A DNA stretch of 63,604 nucleotides, the filler included, from Octopus bimaculoides (taxonomy: Eukaryota), in the NCBI RefSeq assembly GCF_001194135.2. It is 6 parts of 6 records of this genome, joined end to end, with 100 filler letters (N's around TTAATTAATTAA, not from the genome) between each part and the next. Parts side by side here need not be neighbours in the genome. Positions count along the whole stretch, not along the records: positions 1 to 26,226 come from NC_069003.1; 5 more parts are not named here. One strand, written 5' to 3'. How positions within the stretch are numbered: the first letter of the stretch is position 1; each line of letters opens with the position of its first letter. Positions 12,608-25,310 of this stretch are shown here, piece by piece. Under the pieces are notes generated by a model. The model made no database searches. It was not told the DNA's origin and worked only from the letters and a program-made list of their open reading frames with translations. The position numbers and the translations under genes are program-made.

Positions 12608-14132
12608 AGAAGAATGGTTAGTGAGAGCTGTGCAAGCCATGTACAGAGATGCTGCCAGTAAGGTGAGGGTTGGAAATGAGTACAGCAATGAATTCCGGGT
12701 AGAGGTAGGGGTCCACCAAGGTTCCGTCCTCAGCCCCCTCTTATTTATCATAGTCCTCCAGGCAATCACAGAGGAGTTCAAGACAGGTTGCCCCTGGGAG
12801 CTCCTCTATGCTGATGACCTTGCCCTAATTGCGGAGTCACTATCAGAACTAGAGGAGAAGTTTCAGGTGTGGAAGCAAGGTCTAGAATTGAAGGGCCTTA
12901 GAGTCAACCTTGCTAAAACCAAAATCCTAATAAGTAGGAAGGTAGNNNNNNNNNNNNNNNNNNNNNNNNNNNNNNNNNNNNNNNNNNNNNNNNNNNNNNN
13001 NNNNNNNNNNNNNNNNNNNNNNNNNNNNNNNNNNNNNNNNNNNNNNNNNNNNNNNNNNNNNNNNNNNNNNNNNNNNNNNNNNNNNNNNNNNNNNNNNNNN
13101 NNNNNNNNNNNNNNNNNNNNNNNNNNNNNNNNNNNNNNNNNNNNNNNNNNNNNNNNNNNNNNNNNNNNNNNNNNNNNNNNNNNNNNNNNNNNNNNNNNNN
13201 NNNNNNNNNNNNNNNNNNNNNNNNNNNNNNNNNNNNNNNNNNNNNNNNNNNNNNNNNNNNNNNNNNNNNNNNNNNNNNNNNNNNNNNNNNNNNNNNNNNN
13301 NNNNNNNNNNNNNNNNNNNNNNNNNNNNNNNNNNNNNNNNNNNNNNNNNNNNNNNNNNNNNNNNNNNNNNNNNNNNNNNNNNNNNNNNNNNNNNNNNNNN
13401 NNNNNNNNNNNNNNNNNNNNNNNNNNNNNNNNNNNNNNNNNNNNNNNNNNNNNNNNNNNNNNNNNNNNNNNNNNNNNNNNNNNNNNNNNNNNNNNNNNNN
13501 NNNNNNNNNNNNNNNNNNNNNNNNNNNNNNNNNNNNNNNNNNNNNNNNNNNNNNNNNNNNNNNNNNNNNNNNNNNNNNNNNNNNNNNNNNNNNNNNNNNN
13601 NNNNNNNNNNNNNNNNNNNNNNNNNNNNNNNNNNNNNNNNNNNNNNNNNNNNNNNNNNNNNNNNNNNNNNNNNNNNNNNNNNNNNNNNNNNNNNNNNNNN
13701 NNNNNNNNNNNNNNNNNNNNNNNNNNNNNNNNNNNNNNNNNNNNNNNNNNNNNNNNNNNNNNNNNNNNNNNNNNNNNNNNNNNNNNNNNNNNNNNNNNNN
13801 NNNNNNNNNNNNNNNNNNNNNNNNNNNNNNNNNNNNNNNNNNNNNNNNNNNNNNNNNNNNNNNNNNNNNNNNNNNNNNNNNNNNNNNNNNNNNNNNNGTG
13901 CGGGTGGCACATAAAAGACACCATTTCGAGCCTGGCCGTTTTCGTGCGGGTGACACGTAAAAGCACCCACTACACTCTCTGAGTGGTTGGCGTTAGGAAG
14001 GGCATCCAGCTGTAGAAACTCTGCCAAATTTAGATTGGAGCCTGGTGTTGCCATCCGGTTTCACCAGTCCTCAGTCAAGTCGTCCAACCCATGCTAGCAT
14101 GGAAAGCGGACGTTAAACGATGATGATGATGA
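12608..14132 (+). mobile_element. 5'-truncated RTE LINE, little decayed, spanning an N gap
   Basis: Uninterrupted RT: GVHQGSVLSPLLF, LLYADDLAL, GLRVNLAKTK. RTE 3' tail (GAT)n after the gap at 13898-14132. Linkage across the gap is assumed. Confidence 0.9.
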
Positions 14133-14903
14133 CACCCATATTTTCTTTAGAGAGAGAGTGAGAGAGAGAGAGAGAAAGAGTGTGTGTGTGATTACATAAT
14201 ATTTTGTCTGATACACTACCAGCTTTACCATCTTCTAACCACTTGCATATAGAAATAAAATTAACAAAAAATTCAAAATCGTCTTCCTTAAAAAGGTTTT
14301 AAATATCCAATATTCAAACTACAAACTTATGAAAAGAGACCCTTAAACAGTTCCTTTCATGTTTCCGACAACCAGCCATGCACGGGAAACATTTCGTTCC
14401 ACAGTACACTAACATATATCTCACTTACTATTTTCTTTTTTTTTTTAACAAACTATTGATGCAGACCATCATGAGTCTTATAAGCCAACTAATGAGTCTC
14501 TACATGATCATTGAGCCTGCAAGAGATGGCAGTCGGATATCCCTCAAACCAGCCACGGAATATTTTTCTTCTTAAAAATCTTAGAAAGGAACAAGGAGAC
14601 CATTTGAATGGTGAAGAAAATGTGTCTTTTGGGGTGTGCTGAACACTTTAAAATAAATAAATAAATGTCAAAAATATTAAAACTTGTCATTTAACAAATT
14701 TGTATTTCAAGAGTGAATTGGTTATCTTCAAAAGTTTTATGGAAAACTTTAATAATTACGAATACATTCCTCTCACAAGCATAGGAATGTAAATTTGGAA
14801 ATTCACTAGTCTGAAATCTAGTGATTATCCAAACTGAACAATGATAATGAAGAATATACTATGTCAAACAATGGAACTTGTAAAATAAAAACAAATAACA
14901 AAC

Positions 14904-14976
14904 CTTGAGAATTGATGTGAGCAGGACAGACAGACCACTTAAGATGCCGACACAAATGGCTGTTACTCTTTGTTCC
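14904..14976 (-). CDS. SLC4: SLC4 exon (TM11)
   Basis: (R)EQRVTAICVGILSGLSVLLTSILK; 73 nt, phase 2 to 0, matching both neighbours. Confidence 0.93.
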
Positions 14977-15111
14977 CTTTTTGGATAATAATAATAATAA
15001 TAATAATAAATGTGTTCTTTATTAACCATTGAAGGTTTGCAATAAAGGTTGATGACAGCCAAGGACAATATAATGCGATTACACAAAAACAGTAAAATAA
15101 TAGAAACTAAG

Positions 15112-15142
<31 letters not shown>

Positions 15143-16253
15143 CTGCCTTAAGGTTTTATTTCCACATTGCATTTACGCTCTCATTTAAGCAATTTTGAGG
15201 GGAGGGGATGAGTTTATATCATTAACCCAGGTCTAGACTAGAATTTTGTTTTATTGATTTGAAAGGATGAAAGTAAAGTTGACCCTCATGAGATCTGAAC
15301 TCGGAACATAAACAGTCACATGAAATAGTAGTAGGCATTTTGTTTGACATAAATGATTCAGTTAGTCCACTACACTAAATGATTTCCAACATAGGCACAA
15401 GTCAGAAATTTAGTGGGAGGCAACAGTCAATTATATTGCCTCTGGTACTTCACTGCTACTTTATCAACCAAAGAAAAGCAACTAGAAAAGCTGGCCTCAG
15501 TAAAATTTGAACTTAGAATGTAAGGACCTGGAACAAATACCAAAAAGGAAAGAAAATAAAACAAGCATGAAAAATGACTAGAGTATACAAAAGAATATCC
15601 AATTTCTTTCATCTGTCAACAAATTCATTGTAAGGCAGTATCTCCTTTGTCACCCTCACCTACTACTAAGTGTGTGGCCTCAATCCTTTCAGTTTTTCCA
15701 TCATATAACCTTTTTTGCCAGACAGAGGGAAAATATCTGTCCTTTCCAATAAAATAAAAGTGCTGGAGCACTTCTCACAATGAACATGGCTGATAGCTCC
15801 ATGCAGCTGACCGGTAGGTGTGCAATAGTCAATTACTAAATTGAAGTGTATGCAAAATGCATCATTGTTCTCACACATTTCAGATATGTCCAGCTGACAA
15901 GGCCAGTAGAGTTTCTCTCAAATTGACAGTACCTTACCAGCCGCAATGCCAGGCCATGGATTCCTGCAAGTCACATGGTTGAAAGTTCTCCAGAATAAAC
16001 TGTGAAGTTGATGATCATTAACATCTCGAGTTAACCCAGGAACAGTGTCATCTCATTTACCTCACACTACTCGAGTTGCATTGTGAAATGGCAGAGAAAT
16101 TGTTATTTTCTTGCTTTCCCTTTTTCTGTTTCATTAAACTCAGGCAGACAGACACAGGTTCATTTAAACAGGTGGTCACATTCACACTCATACACACACA
16201 CATGTGTACATTCTCTCTCATCTTTTGCTATTTATGAAGAAATTTTCACTGAC

Positions 16254-16432
16254 CGAACACCCAAGAAAACTGGTCTTTCTCCAGGAGCATTACACTCCGA
16301 TTCTCTCTTCAAACTCATTATGTGCGCCAGAGCAGACACTGTAGCAGCAACATACCAAGGTAGACCAAACAAAGAACAGAGACCAATCAAAACTGCTACC
16401 ACCAACATATCAAGATGATAACCACCACCTTT
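16254..16432 (-). CDS. SLC4: SLC4 exon (TM9-TM10)
   Basis: [59 protein letters not shown](R); cag acceptor, GTCAGT donor; 179 nt, phase 0 to 2. Confidence 0.96.
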
Positions 16433-17479
16433 CTGTAAACAGAGAGAAACAAAATAGTTTAAAGCACTGAATGAAAATTTATAATTCAAGAAATATAGCA
16501 AAAAAAGTTAAATAAGCACAATATTGGTTTAAAATTAGCAATGAATGAAGGATGGAACTGCCAAGTCAAATCTGAGTTCTGATGGCCATGTGGAACCTTC
16601 ATTACAGAAGTGATTTGCATTGTCTTGCTTTGGAGTTCAGTTTCTTATAATAGTAATTGAGCTTAGTATTTATTTATAGTAAGGTGAACCCTCAAAGCAC
16701 CTCAAATTGAGATAAAAACTTTGGAAACTAAAGCCCAGAATCATTGTAACTGGTTTCTCTATCACCACTGTGACTTAATCTTCTAGTAGTCAAAAGAAAA
16801 TTGATACAAAATGTAAAGAATGGTGGAGGCAACAAACTCCATATATTCAGCTTCATATCTTTTTTCTCATATGTTTCACTTGAGGATTGGCTTTCTTGTT
16901 CATCAATACTATCAACCATTCACTCAGGAGGGAATTGAAATTCTTGGACATAAGAAGCAACTAATGTTGGACTGTACTGTTTTCAAAATTGTCACTATTG
17001 ACGTAATACAGCTGCAGTCATGATATGGATCATTGATTTGTTGGTCGGATATTTGCTATCCTATGTATTAAGTTATATGTCTATCCAATAAATTTCTGCT
17101 CAGTTCTTCTCTACCAAATTTTTCTCATAAGACTGATTTAAGCAAAAGCTATGATAGAAGTCATTTGTCCGTGGTACCATGGACTGAGATCAAACCCACA
17201 AATATTTGGTTGTAGAGCAGATTTCTTAACTACAGCAGTATGTATTATGTGCTAGAGAGGACATTTAGGAGTAAGTTTACAACAGTAACATAACAACTTC
17301 AATAATAATGATCCTAAACTTACAAACAAGGCCACACATTTTGGGAGAGATGTATAGTTCTCTGAAATCAAACCCAGAACTTGGTTCATACTTATTTTAT
17401 CAACCCTGGAAGAATGAAGAGCAAGGTCAGTCTTGACAAGTTTATCAGGGACCTTTAAATTCAGAACCTTAAGAGGTGT

Positions 17480-18186
17480 AATTAACTACCATAAGAAGTG
17501 CCTAACACTCCACCAATTTTCTGCAAATAATGATTTCTGAATTCAGTATAATCAGATTTGCTGACTAATTCAGTATAACCACCAATAGGAGAGAATATGA
17601 CCAAAAACTGTGTGTCCTCCATCCCATGCAGCTGTAGTAGGTTATACAAAGGCGAAACATGTCGCCCCCTCAAAATAAGGGTAGAGGAACATCACAAAGC
17701 TGTGACACAAGGAGATATTGATAAATCGGGTATAGCTGATCATGTATGGAAAAACGGAGAAGTTAAAATAATAGACAGAGAACACCACTGGAAAATACGG
17801 AAACTAAAAGAAGCAGCACATATGCTAGGACACAACAACCTCTTAAGCAGACCGAGTGCAGATATGAGCAGCATATGGGAACGGGTATTAAGGAAGTATA
17901 GGAAAATATTAGATTTATAAGCCCTAAAATCCACTCCATAATTGCCCACAGGCATATGGTGTAGTGGTTAAGAGCGCGGGTTACTAAAACCAAGATTCCA
18001 AGTTCGATTCCAGGCAGTGAACTGAATAATAATAATAATAATAATAATAACAACAACAACATCGAAAAATTCCCTAAGAATGAGAACCCAGGTTCGAAAT
18101 TTCTCAAGACACCTGATGAAGCCTGGAGGATATATCAGCCAAAACAAACAAGATGAGGACAAATATCCATCAAATGTAAATAATGT
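17480..18186 (+). mobile_element. Penelope-like element 3' part (GIY-YIG endonuclease C-terminus and tail)
   Basis: SIPCSCSRLYKGETCRPLKIRVEEHHKAV...SGIADHVW...KIRKLKEAAHM, followed by a CCTGATGAAG-type terminal sequence. Confidence 0.85.
17951..18020 (+). other. tRNA-derived sequence (SINE head or pseudo-tRNA) inside the Penelope tail
   Basis: A box TGGTGTAGTGG and B box AGTTCGATTCC; the acceptor stem does not pair, so it is not called a functional tRNA. Confidence 0.65.
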
Positions 18187-19173
18187 AGAATCATAATTAT
18201 AGGCCAAATCATTATCCAAATCACTCTGTGTAAGGGAAAACTTGTTGAACTTGTTGCTCACCTTAATCCGAAGAATAAATATCAATAATTTCCTCATTTG
18301 TAAAGAATTTAGGCCTTGCCTGTTTACCAGACAAAGTGCTAGGTTCATCACAAAAGAAACTAATTTTTTTCCTCAGAATCAAAAGTAAACATCAGCTATG
18401 GAGGATAAGAATCAGTAGAGTTCCACCCACCCTATGACCAGTGAAACAACCTCTGCATGGGAATTCAAACTACCATAAATAGCAGCTGGTTTTCCTAATC
18501 ATATCTTCCCACCTGAGAATATGTTAGTTAATGTGTTTTTAGACCCACTTGCCAAGGTGAAAAGAAAAAAAAAAATGGGTTGATTAGGTCACCTATGACC
18601 AAAAGCACGACTGTTTTTGGTCATAGGGTTGCTCAATCAGGATGAATATGGGGCAAAACAAAAATGACTCATCCAAACATTTAATTTTTTTTTCCATACT
18701 TTGGAAAAAGTTGCACTGGTTAGAGAGGTCCTCTGCAGCACAGCTTATCACTATGTCTCTTGTCTTCAGACAAGTCATCATAACTTCTTCCCATATTTTC
18801 ACCGAACTCCTTTTGCTTGGAACTCTTAGCAGTTCACCCATCTTTCATGGCTAATAAACTTAATCTGTCCCGATGTATAAAATCACAACCTTTCATTCTG
18901 GATGCCTTTTGTAGGGCCCACTTTGGTACAAGCTTTTGAGCTTAGTCTCCAATCTAAGGTTAATTTTTACCTTTTTACCCAGTAATATTAGGGGTCTTGG
19001 AAATGGCAATGGATGCTCCCTTTCTCTGCAGACTAAGTTATCGAAAAAGACACCTCTACACAAAATAAAAAAACACTTAACATTCTTCATATATAGCTCC
19101 ATGCCAATGTATTCTCCTTATTTGCTCACAATTCTAGATTTCAGAACAAAAATAAGATAATATAAAATCTTAC

Positions 19174-19455
19174 CACAAGCTTATTTTCTTTACGGTTAAC
19201 AATCACACTTGTTATTTGCTGATCTAAAAATACCAGAATGGAAGCCAAAAGTGCTGGTAAGCAGGCTGCAATATATAACCACCATGGATTCTTGCTACTA
19301 ATTGGGTTGATGACCCAGTCACGTTTTGATGGATCAGTTGGTTGGAACTTTGTAGGAACTATTAATTTTGGTGTGTCCAGACCAACTGCGGCATCTGTGC
19401 CAGACATCACTATAATTGCGATGAACACAGCAAAGTCACTGGTAATTTGTCGTAC
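19174..19455 (-). CDS. SLC4: SLC4 exon (TM7-EL4-TM8)
   Basis: VRQITSDFAVFIAIIVM...NPWWLYIAACLPALLASILVFLDQQITSVIVNRKENKLV; ttttag acceptor, GTAAGA donor; 282 nt, phase 0 to 0. Confidence 0.96.
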
Positions 19456-19689
19456 CTAAAAATAGTATATATAACAACAATAATAATAATCATCATCCTT
19501 TTACTATATGAACAAATCCTGAAATTTTAGTCAATTAGATTGAGCCAGTGCTGAACTGGCACTTATTTTATCAACCTTCAAAGGACGAAAGGCAACCATG
19601 GCATAATTTTAACACAGAATGTAAAGATAGACTAAATGCTGCAAAACATTTTGTTCAGTTTGTTAACATTTCTATATATAAAGGGACTC

Positions 19690-20895
19690 CACCTGTATTT
19701 GCTTACAATGGGAGCAAGAGGCCCTCAGGCCATTTGACACTGGGGAAGTTGAAATCACCCATCAGAAACACACTCACGTGACGTTCCAGTTTCATGAGGG
19801 TCCCTTTTATTCTTGTGAGGCAATCTTCAAACTTGCCCCTGCAGTTTGGAGCGTTTGGTGGATGTTCTGTATTGCATATGACTATATTGTGTTGTCTTAT
19901 GTATACAACTTGAGGGTCACACACTGAATTTGAGTTTGACGTTAGGAGCTGGGCCGGGAGGTCCTCATGGATGTATCCAGCAATTCCACCATGGCTCCTT
20001 TCCCTTCTGTCCATCTGTAGTATAGTATATTTTGGTATGTGTACTTCTGCATCCTCCATATCAGGCCTAAGAAGAGTTTCCAGGAGTGCTATGCATAGGG
20101 CTTAATTTTGCTTTTATTGTTATGATGCAACAGGCTTTCAATATTTAGTAAAAACATTGGCGTGATGACTGCGCTGGCGTTAGGGGAGGCTGTCCCTCTG
20201 TCTGTTGATTGCAGTGGCCAAGGTTATGTGTTTGTATTTGATGTGCAAAAAAGACTTGCTCAGCTGCTGCATTTCGCATACCATCTGAGGAGTGTACTGC
20301 ATCTGCATACTTTCTCTTTGGAGACAATTCGTGCCTCTTCTCTGAGAAGTATTTGGTGGGGTCTCAGGTGAGCAAAGCGGTAGTTTGTACCACCATCTTC
20401 CACATGCCAACATTTGCCTTGTATGTAAAATTTGCATCTCCTTATCTTTACTCCAATTTTTTTCTCTCCTCTAGAGTTGGGAATTCCACTGGAGCCTCCA
20501 TATTTGGGTTGTTTTTGTTTTATGTTTGGTAGGTTTTGGTTTTAATTTTTTTCTTCATTTCCTTTTCTTTCTTCTCCCATCCTTTTGTGGGACCACTGGA
20601 TCCAAGGGACTTCTAGTTGTTGCTTCATCTTCCCTATCCTTATCAGCTTTGCCACAATTGTTTTCCATAATGGCATCAAGAATGTCAATGTATAGTCTAA
20701 TAAGAGCATAAGATTGGCTAAATCCATTTTTCTTTCACTCTATCTGCTCAGTGCTTCTGCTAAAACCATTGTTCTTCAGTGCAGCAGTAATGATGCTGTC
20801 CGGAGGGTTGCCTCTAGCGGTTGTCCAAGCTCACAACAGTAGTTTCAGTTCCTTGCTCTCTAACTTTGGTGCCATCTTTGTTGCCAAAACCCAGA
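19690..20895 (-). mobile_element. CR1-like LINE 5' portion (decayed ORF1 plus APE endonuclease)
   Basis: IPKYTILQMDRRERSHGGIAGYI...FLMGDFNFPSVKW is an APE endonuclease; upstream Cys/His-rich ORF1 remnant (CKFYIQGKCWH) with stops. Confidence 0.8.
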
Positions 20896-21089
20896 GGGGG
20901 GAGGGGTAGGAAAGATAGAGAGGAAGTGAGAGAGACAGAAGAAGGTAAAGAGAGAGACAGAGAGAAGGAGAGAGAGAGATGAAGGAGAGAGAAAAGGGTG
21001 TATGGAGTGGCAGGGAGAGGAAAGACAGAGGATGATATGAAGGAAGGAGAATGGAGGAATAGGGAGATAGATAGAGGGAGAGGAAGGGG

Positions 21090-21123
<34 letters not shown>

Positions 21124-21375
21124 GGGAGATAAAGAGGATGAGGAGGGGAAAGAAGGAAGGTATGAAAGGGGGGGGAGAAAGATACGGACAGAGTGAGGGA
21201 GAGGGGAGAGGAAAAAGAAGATATGAAAGAGAGAGGGGGAGAGCAAGTAAAGAAGATATGAAGGAAAGAGGAAAACAGAAGGAATGGAATGAAAAAGGCT
21301 GCTGTAAATGAATGAAAAAGGCTGTTGTAGATGAATGAAAAAGCTGCTGTAAATGAATGAAAAAGGCTGCTGTAA
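20895..21375. repeat. polypurine (GA-rich) tract followed by a ~21-bp tandem (AATGAATGAAAAAGGCTGCTGTA)x4
   Basis: Nearly pyrimidine-free plus strand for ~400 bp, including (GA)n at 21097-21121. Confidence 0.85.
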
Positions 21376-21685
21376 TGTTTGCCGAATTCCATTGAGCGAA
21401 CATATAGAGAAATGTGGTGAGAAAATGTTTCTAATTTTTCCTTTCCTCAAACTACATGACACAAATGAGGTTGGAAGAAATAAGAACAGAAAAAAGAACA
21501 ATAATATAAACAACCAGCTAATGATGTAGATTAAAAAATATCTTTAACGTATGAATATAAACTGATTTCAGCAGACTCCCACTAACTGAAATAAAAACAA
21601 TCAAAACCAGTTTTGCTCACTCATAAAACCATTACATGTAAGCCACAAGCTAATTGGTTAAAACAAAGGCAAGTTCTATGCTAGT

Positions 21686-21840
21686 AATATCGGCATACCC
21701 AGAAAATATCGGCATACCCAGAAAATATCGGCATACCCAGAAAATATCGGCATACCCNNNNNNNNNNCGGCATACCCAGAAAATATCGGCATACCCAGAA
21801 AATATCGGCATACCCAGAAAATATCGGCATACCCAGAAAA
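21686..21840. repeat. 19-bp minisatellite (AATATCGGCATACCCAGAA)n
   Basis: At least 7 identical units; a 10-N gap lies inside, so the true copy number is unknown. Confidence 0.95.
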
Positions 21841-22508
21841 CCATGGTGTTTAAGCTGCATGTGGATTGGTCAAAACCATGTTCCAAAAATTCATCTTGTT
21901 GGAGCCTTCTAAGAGAAGAAGTCAGTCATTTTACTACAGTTGTCAAGAACTCAACTGTCAGTTAAATACATTTTGAAATCTGATGATTACTATGAGTGTG
22001 GAGCCTGGTGTTGCCATCCGGTTGCACCAGTCCTCAGTCAAATCGTCCAGCCCATGCTAGCATGGAAAGCGGACGTTAAACGATGATGATGATGATGATG
22101 AAAGTGCTAATTGAAGTTTATGAACATTGCAAAATATTTTTTAATGTTTAACACACTTCAACATTGTAAAAAATTTTTCAAAATACAATAAAAAACATGA
22201 AAATGAGACCATGTTTTAACTTCATTCAACTAATATATTATTCTATACCCATTTACGCAAATTCGGAAATATATATATATACACACACACACATATATAT
22301 TTTTGAAAGTGTGAGAATTACTTGATATGGTTTTTAAAGTGTACCGTTGATTCTTCTCAAATATTTTTTTTTAAAAGTGTTATGAAATCTATTATGAGAA
22401 TGTTACAAATCATTTTTGGGAAGAAGTGTTTTTCTAGTGTGTGAGCACTTTTGTTTAACCTTTTTAAACATACATGCTCCTTCCTTTCTAATTTGCTGTA
22501 ATTACACA

Positions 22509-22541
<33 letters not shown>

Positions 22542-22748
22542 TATGCATATATATACACAACATGCTTCTTTCAGTTTCTGTCTTCCAAATCATCTCACAA
22601 GGCATTCTGTTGGCCTGGGGCTACAAAGTGGAAAACACTTGCCAACACTCCCATGCAGTAGGACTGAACCCAAACACACATGGTTAGGAAACAAGCTTCT
22701 TAACCAAACAGCTATGTCTATGCCTATTATATATATACATACACACAC

Positions 22749-22870
<122 letters not shown>

Positions 22871-22878
22871 ATACTCAC

Positions 22879-23335
22879 AATTGTTGGAAAACATGTTCCG
22901 GCACGAAACATTTTTAGTGCCATAGAGATAGTGAAGGTTCCCAGAAACAGTAAAATACTCATCAAGAAAACATTGTCTTTGTATGGAGGATTGCATCCAT
23001 CCCCTTTCAGCGTTCCATTTATAGAGTCACAAGTAGTTTTATTAGTAGAAGTTGCCACAGCAAGTGAACTATTTTGAAAGAAGCAGCTACAGTTGTCAGA
23101 TATCGGAACATCTGGGTTGACATTCATTGGTGCAATTTCTGTACCGATATCAGCAAGTTTGTCAAATGCTTCAACAATGAAGATGATGGCGATTAAACAA
23201 GCAAAGCTCTCTTCTGTGAAGCGAGTTATGTATTTTACTAATGCACTCATATCAAATGCAACAACAATCAACAAGATCAGCACAGTCCACATGCCCACCC
23301 AGAAACGGAGTGGCATGAAATCCCAGTCATTATCT
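22879..23335 (-). CDS. SLC4: SLC4 Na+-coupled bicarbonate transporter, most 5' exon visible (about TM4-TM6 plus EL3)
   Basis: Encodes DNDWDFMPLRFWVGMW...YITRFTEESFACLIAIIFIVEAF...CSC...C...GDGC...FPTI. RFTEE motif and 4-Cys EL3. Acceptor ccag at 23338-23336 (a second AG lies 2 nt downstream), donor GTGAGT at 22878; 457 nt, phase 2 to 0. Confidence 0.95.
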
Positions 23336-24239
23336 CTGGAGTAAAAGAAAAAAAGAAACAAGTGAAAATAATGAAAAAAATAATCATTTCTACAAAAGGC
23401 AGAAGTGCTAAGGGAGGGGGGGGGTAAGTCGAATGTATGAAGAAAGACAAAGTTAACCTTTGTGACATTTGACCTCAGAACATAAAGCTAGAAGAAATAC
23501 CACCAACTACTTTGTCTGGCATTTTAATGACTGCCAGCTCACTGCCTTAATAATAATAATAATAATAATAATCCGTTACCTTTAATTTGTTTCAGTCTTT
23601 GAACAGCAGCCAAATTGGGGCACCACCCTGAAGGGTTCTAGTTGAATGAATAGACCACAGTACTTATCTTTTAAGCCTGGTACTTATTCATCAGCTTCTT
23701 TTGGTCAAAAACAAACCAACACTGGCTGTCAAGCAGTAGTAGTGAACACACACACACACACAATGGTCTTCTTTTAGTTTCTGTCAACCAAACCCAGCTG
23801 CAAGACATAGGTTAGCCTGGGGCTATAGAAGCTACTTGCCCAGGTGACATACAGTGAGACTGCATCCAGAACCATGTGGTAAGAAAGAAATTTCTTACAC
23901 AACAATGCTGGTACCTATAATAATAATTAGTTCTAGGTAATTGTTCAGTTTACATTTGTAAAATTAAAACATATTGTTGACAATGATGTTGATAACTTTG
24001 ATTTTAGTTTCAGTTGTTTTTGCTTTTTGTTATTTCTCAGTGCTTGCTTATTTTATATCTTTTTTGAGGCATACTTTTAGCTGCAAGTCTGTTTTATGAA
24101 AGGAAAGAGAAAAAACAGTAAGGAATGATAGCTAGACAACCACTCAGAAATACAGACTTATGTGTGAGAGATGCAACTGGATTGTTTTATAAACCGAGTA
24201 AATAATTGTTTTCTCCAAGCAAAGCTAGAAATCAGTTGT

Positions 24240-24880
24240 AAATAACAGATAAAGATGACAAGGGGTGAAGCATCAGACAACACATATATGAGGCTAGTAT
24301 TCATTGCTGAATGTGTAATGTCAGTGTACATGTTTAACAGAATGCTAGCTTTGGGAGAGAAGTTAAGCATAAGAGGAATTTGTTGCTGTTTTCAAGAGAG
24401 AAGACTGCACTGGTTTTATCATGATGTGGATGGATGCCAACAACTCCATAAAGAAGTGCCAATCTCTCAAAGTTGATGAAGCACATGGAAATGGGAGACC
24501 CAAAAAAAGACATGGAACGAAGTACTGAGATTCCTGGTGCCTTACTGTACTCAAAAAGACCTGTACTCCACAACAGAAGTGTTAAAACCAGTCCCTCTGG
24601 TAGTGAAAAACACTTGTGACAATGCCATACAAAAGCATCCATGTGGTGCTATGTGAAAGTGCCCATGCATTGCCATGTGAAAGCACCAGTGAGACACGAC
24701 ATAAACGTACCCAGCACACATTATAAAAGAGAGCTGATGTTAGGAAGGGCATCCAGCCGTGGAATCTGTGTCGAATCAGACGGGGGTCTGGTGCAGCTCC
24801 CCAGCTTGCCTTCTCTGGTCAAACAATCCAACCCAGGCCAACAGAGACAACAACTTTAAATGATGATCAGAATGATGGTC
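24240..24880 (+). mobile_element. decayed RTE 3' fragment plus RTE-type tail
   Basis: RGICCCFQERRLHWF and GRPKKTW-like remnants; tail TTAGGAAGGGCATCCAGCCGT...AATGATGATCA. Confidence 0.7.
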
Positions 24881-24996
24881 GCTTTTTAACATTAAGTGGA
24901 GAATAATTTTATTATCTGAGTTTATATGTATGAAAAATAAAAATACATACGTTTTCATAGAATATAAAAATATAAGATTTTGTATCATAGTTCAAC

Positions 24997-25032
<36 letters not shown>

Positions 25033-25310
25033 ATATATATCTGGTGTGTGTGTGTGTTCATGTCTTGATATCAAGGTTGCAAATGAGCATCACCACTGTG
25101 CAGACGATGTTTGTCTCCATTCTTCTCTGAAAAATGTCTGGTCATGGAGAAATATTAACTTGCTTGGAAACAAGTGTTGCTGACAGGAAGGGCATCACGT
25201 CATAGAATCTACATGTATTAAATTCCATCTGACACATGTAAGCATGGAAAAATGAACACTAAATAGTGATGATAGTATAGTGGTAAGTATTCCCATCTAT
25301 CATTGGAGTA

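Noticed and set aside
12863-14054. Long ORFs (350-450 aa) in the ORF track here and at 30.1-31.0, 46-48 and 51-52 kb
   Set aside because: They are open only because of N runs.
17951-18020. Functional tRNA gene
   Set aside because: Acceptor and anticodon stems do not pair properly and it lies in a retroelement tail; treated as tRNA-derived. The same applies to the SINE heads.
21686-21840. CRISPR-like array
   Set aside because: Head-to-tail units without spacers, in eukaryotic context with no cas genes.
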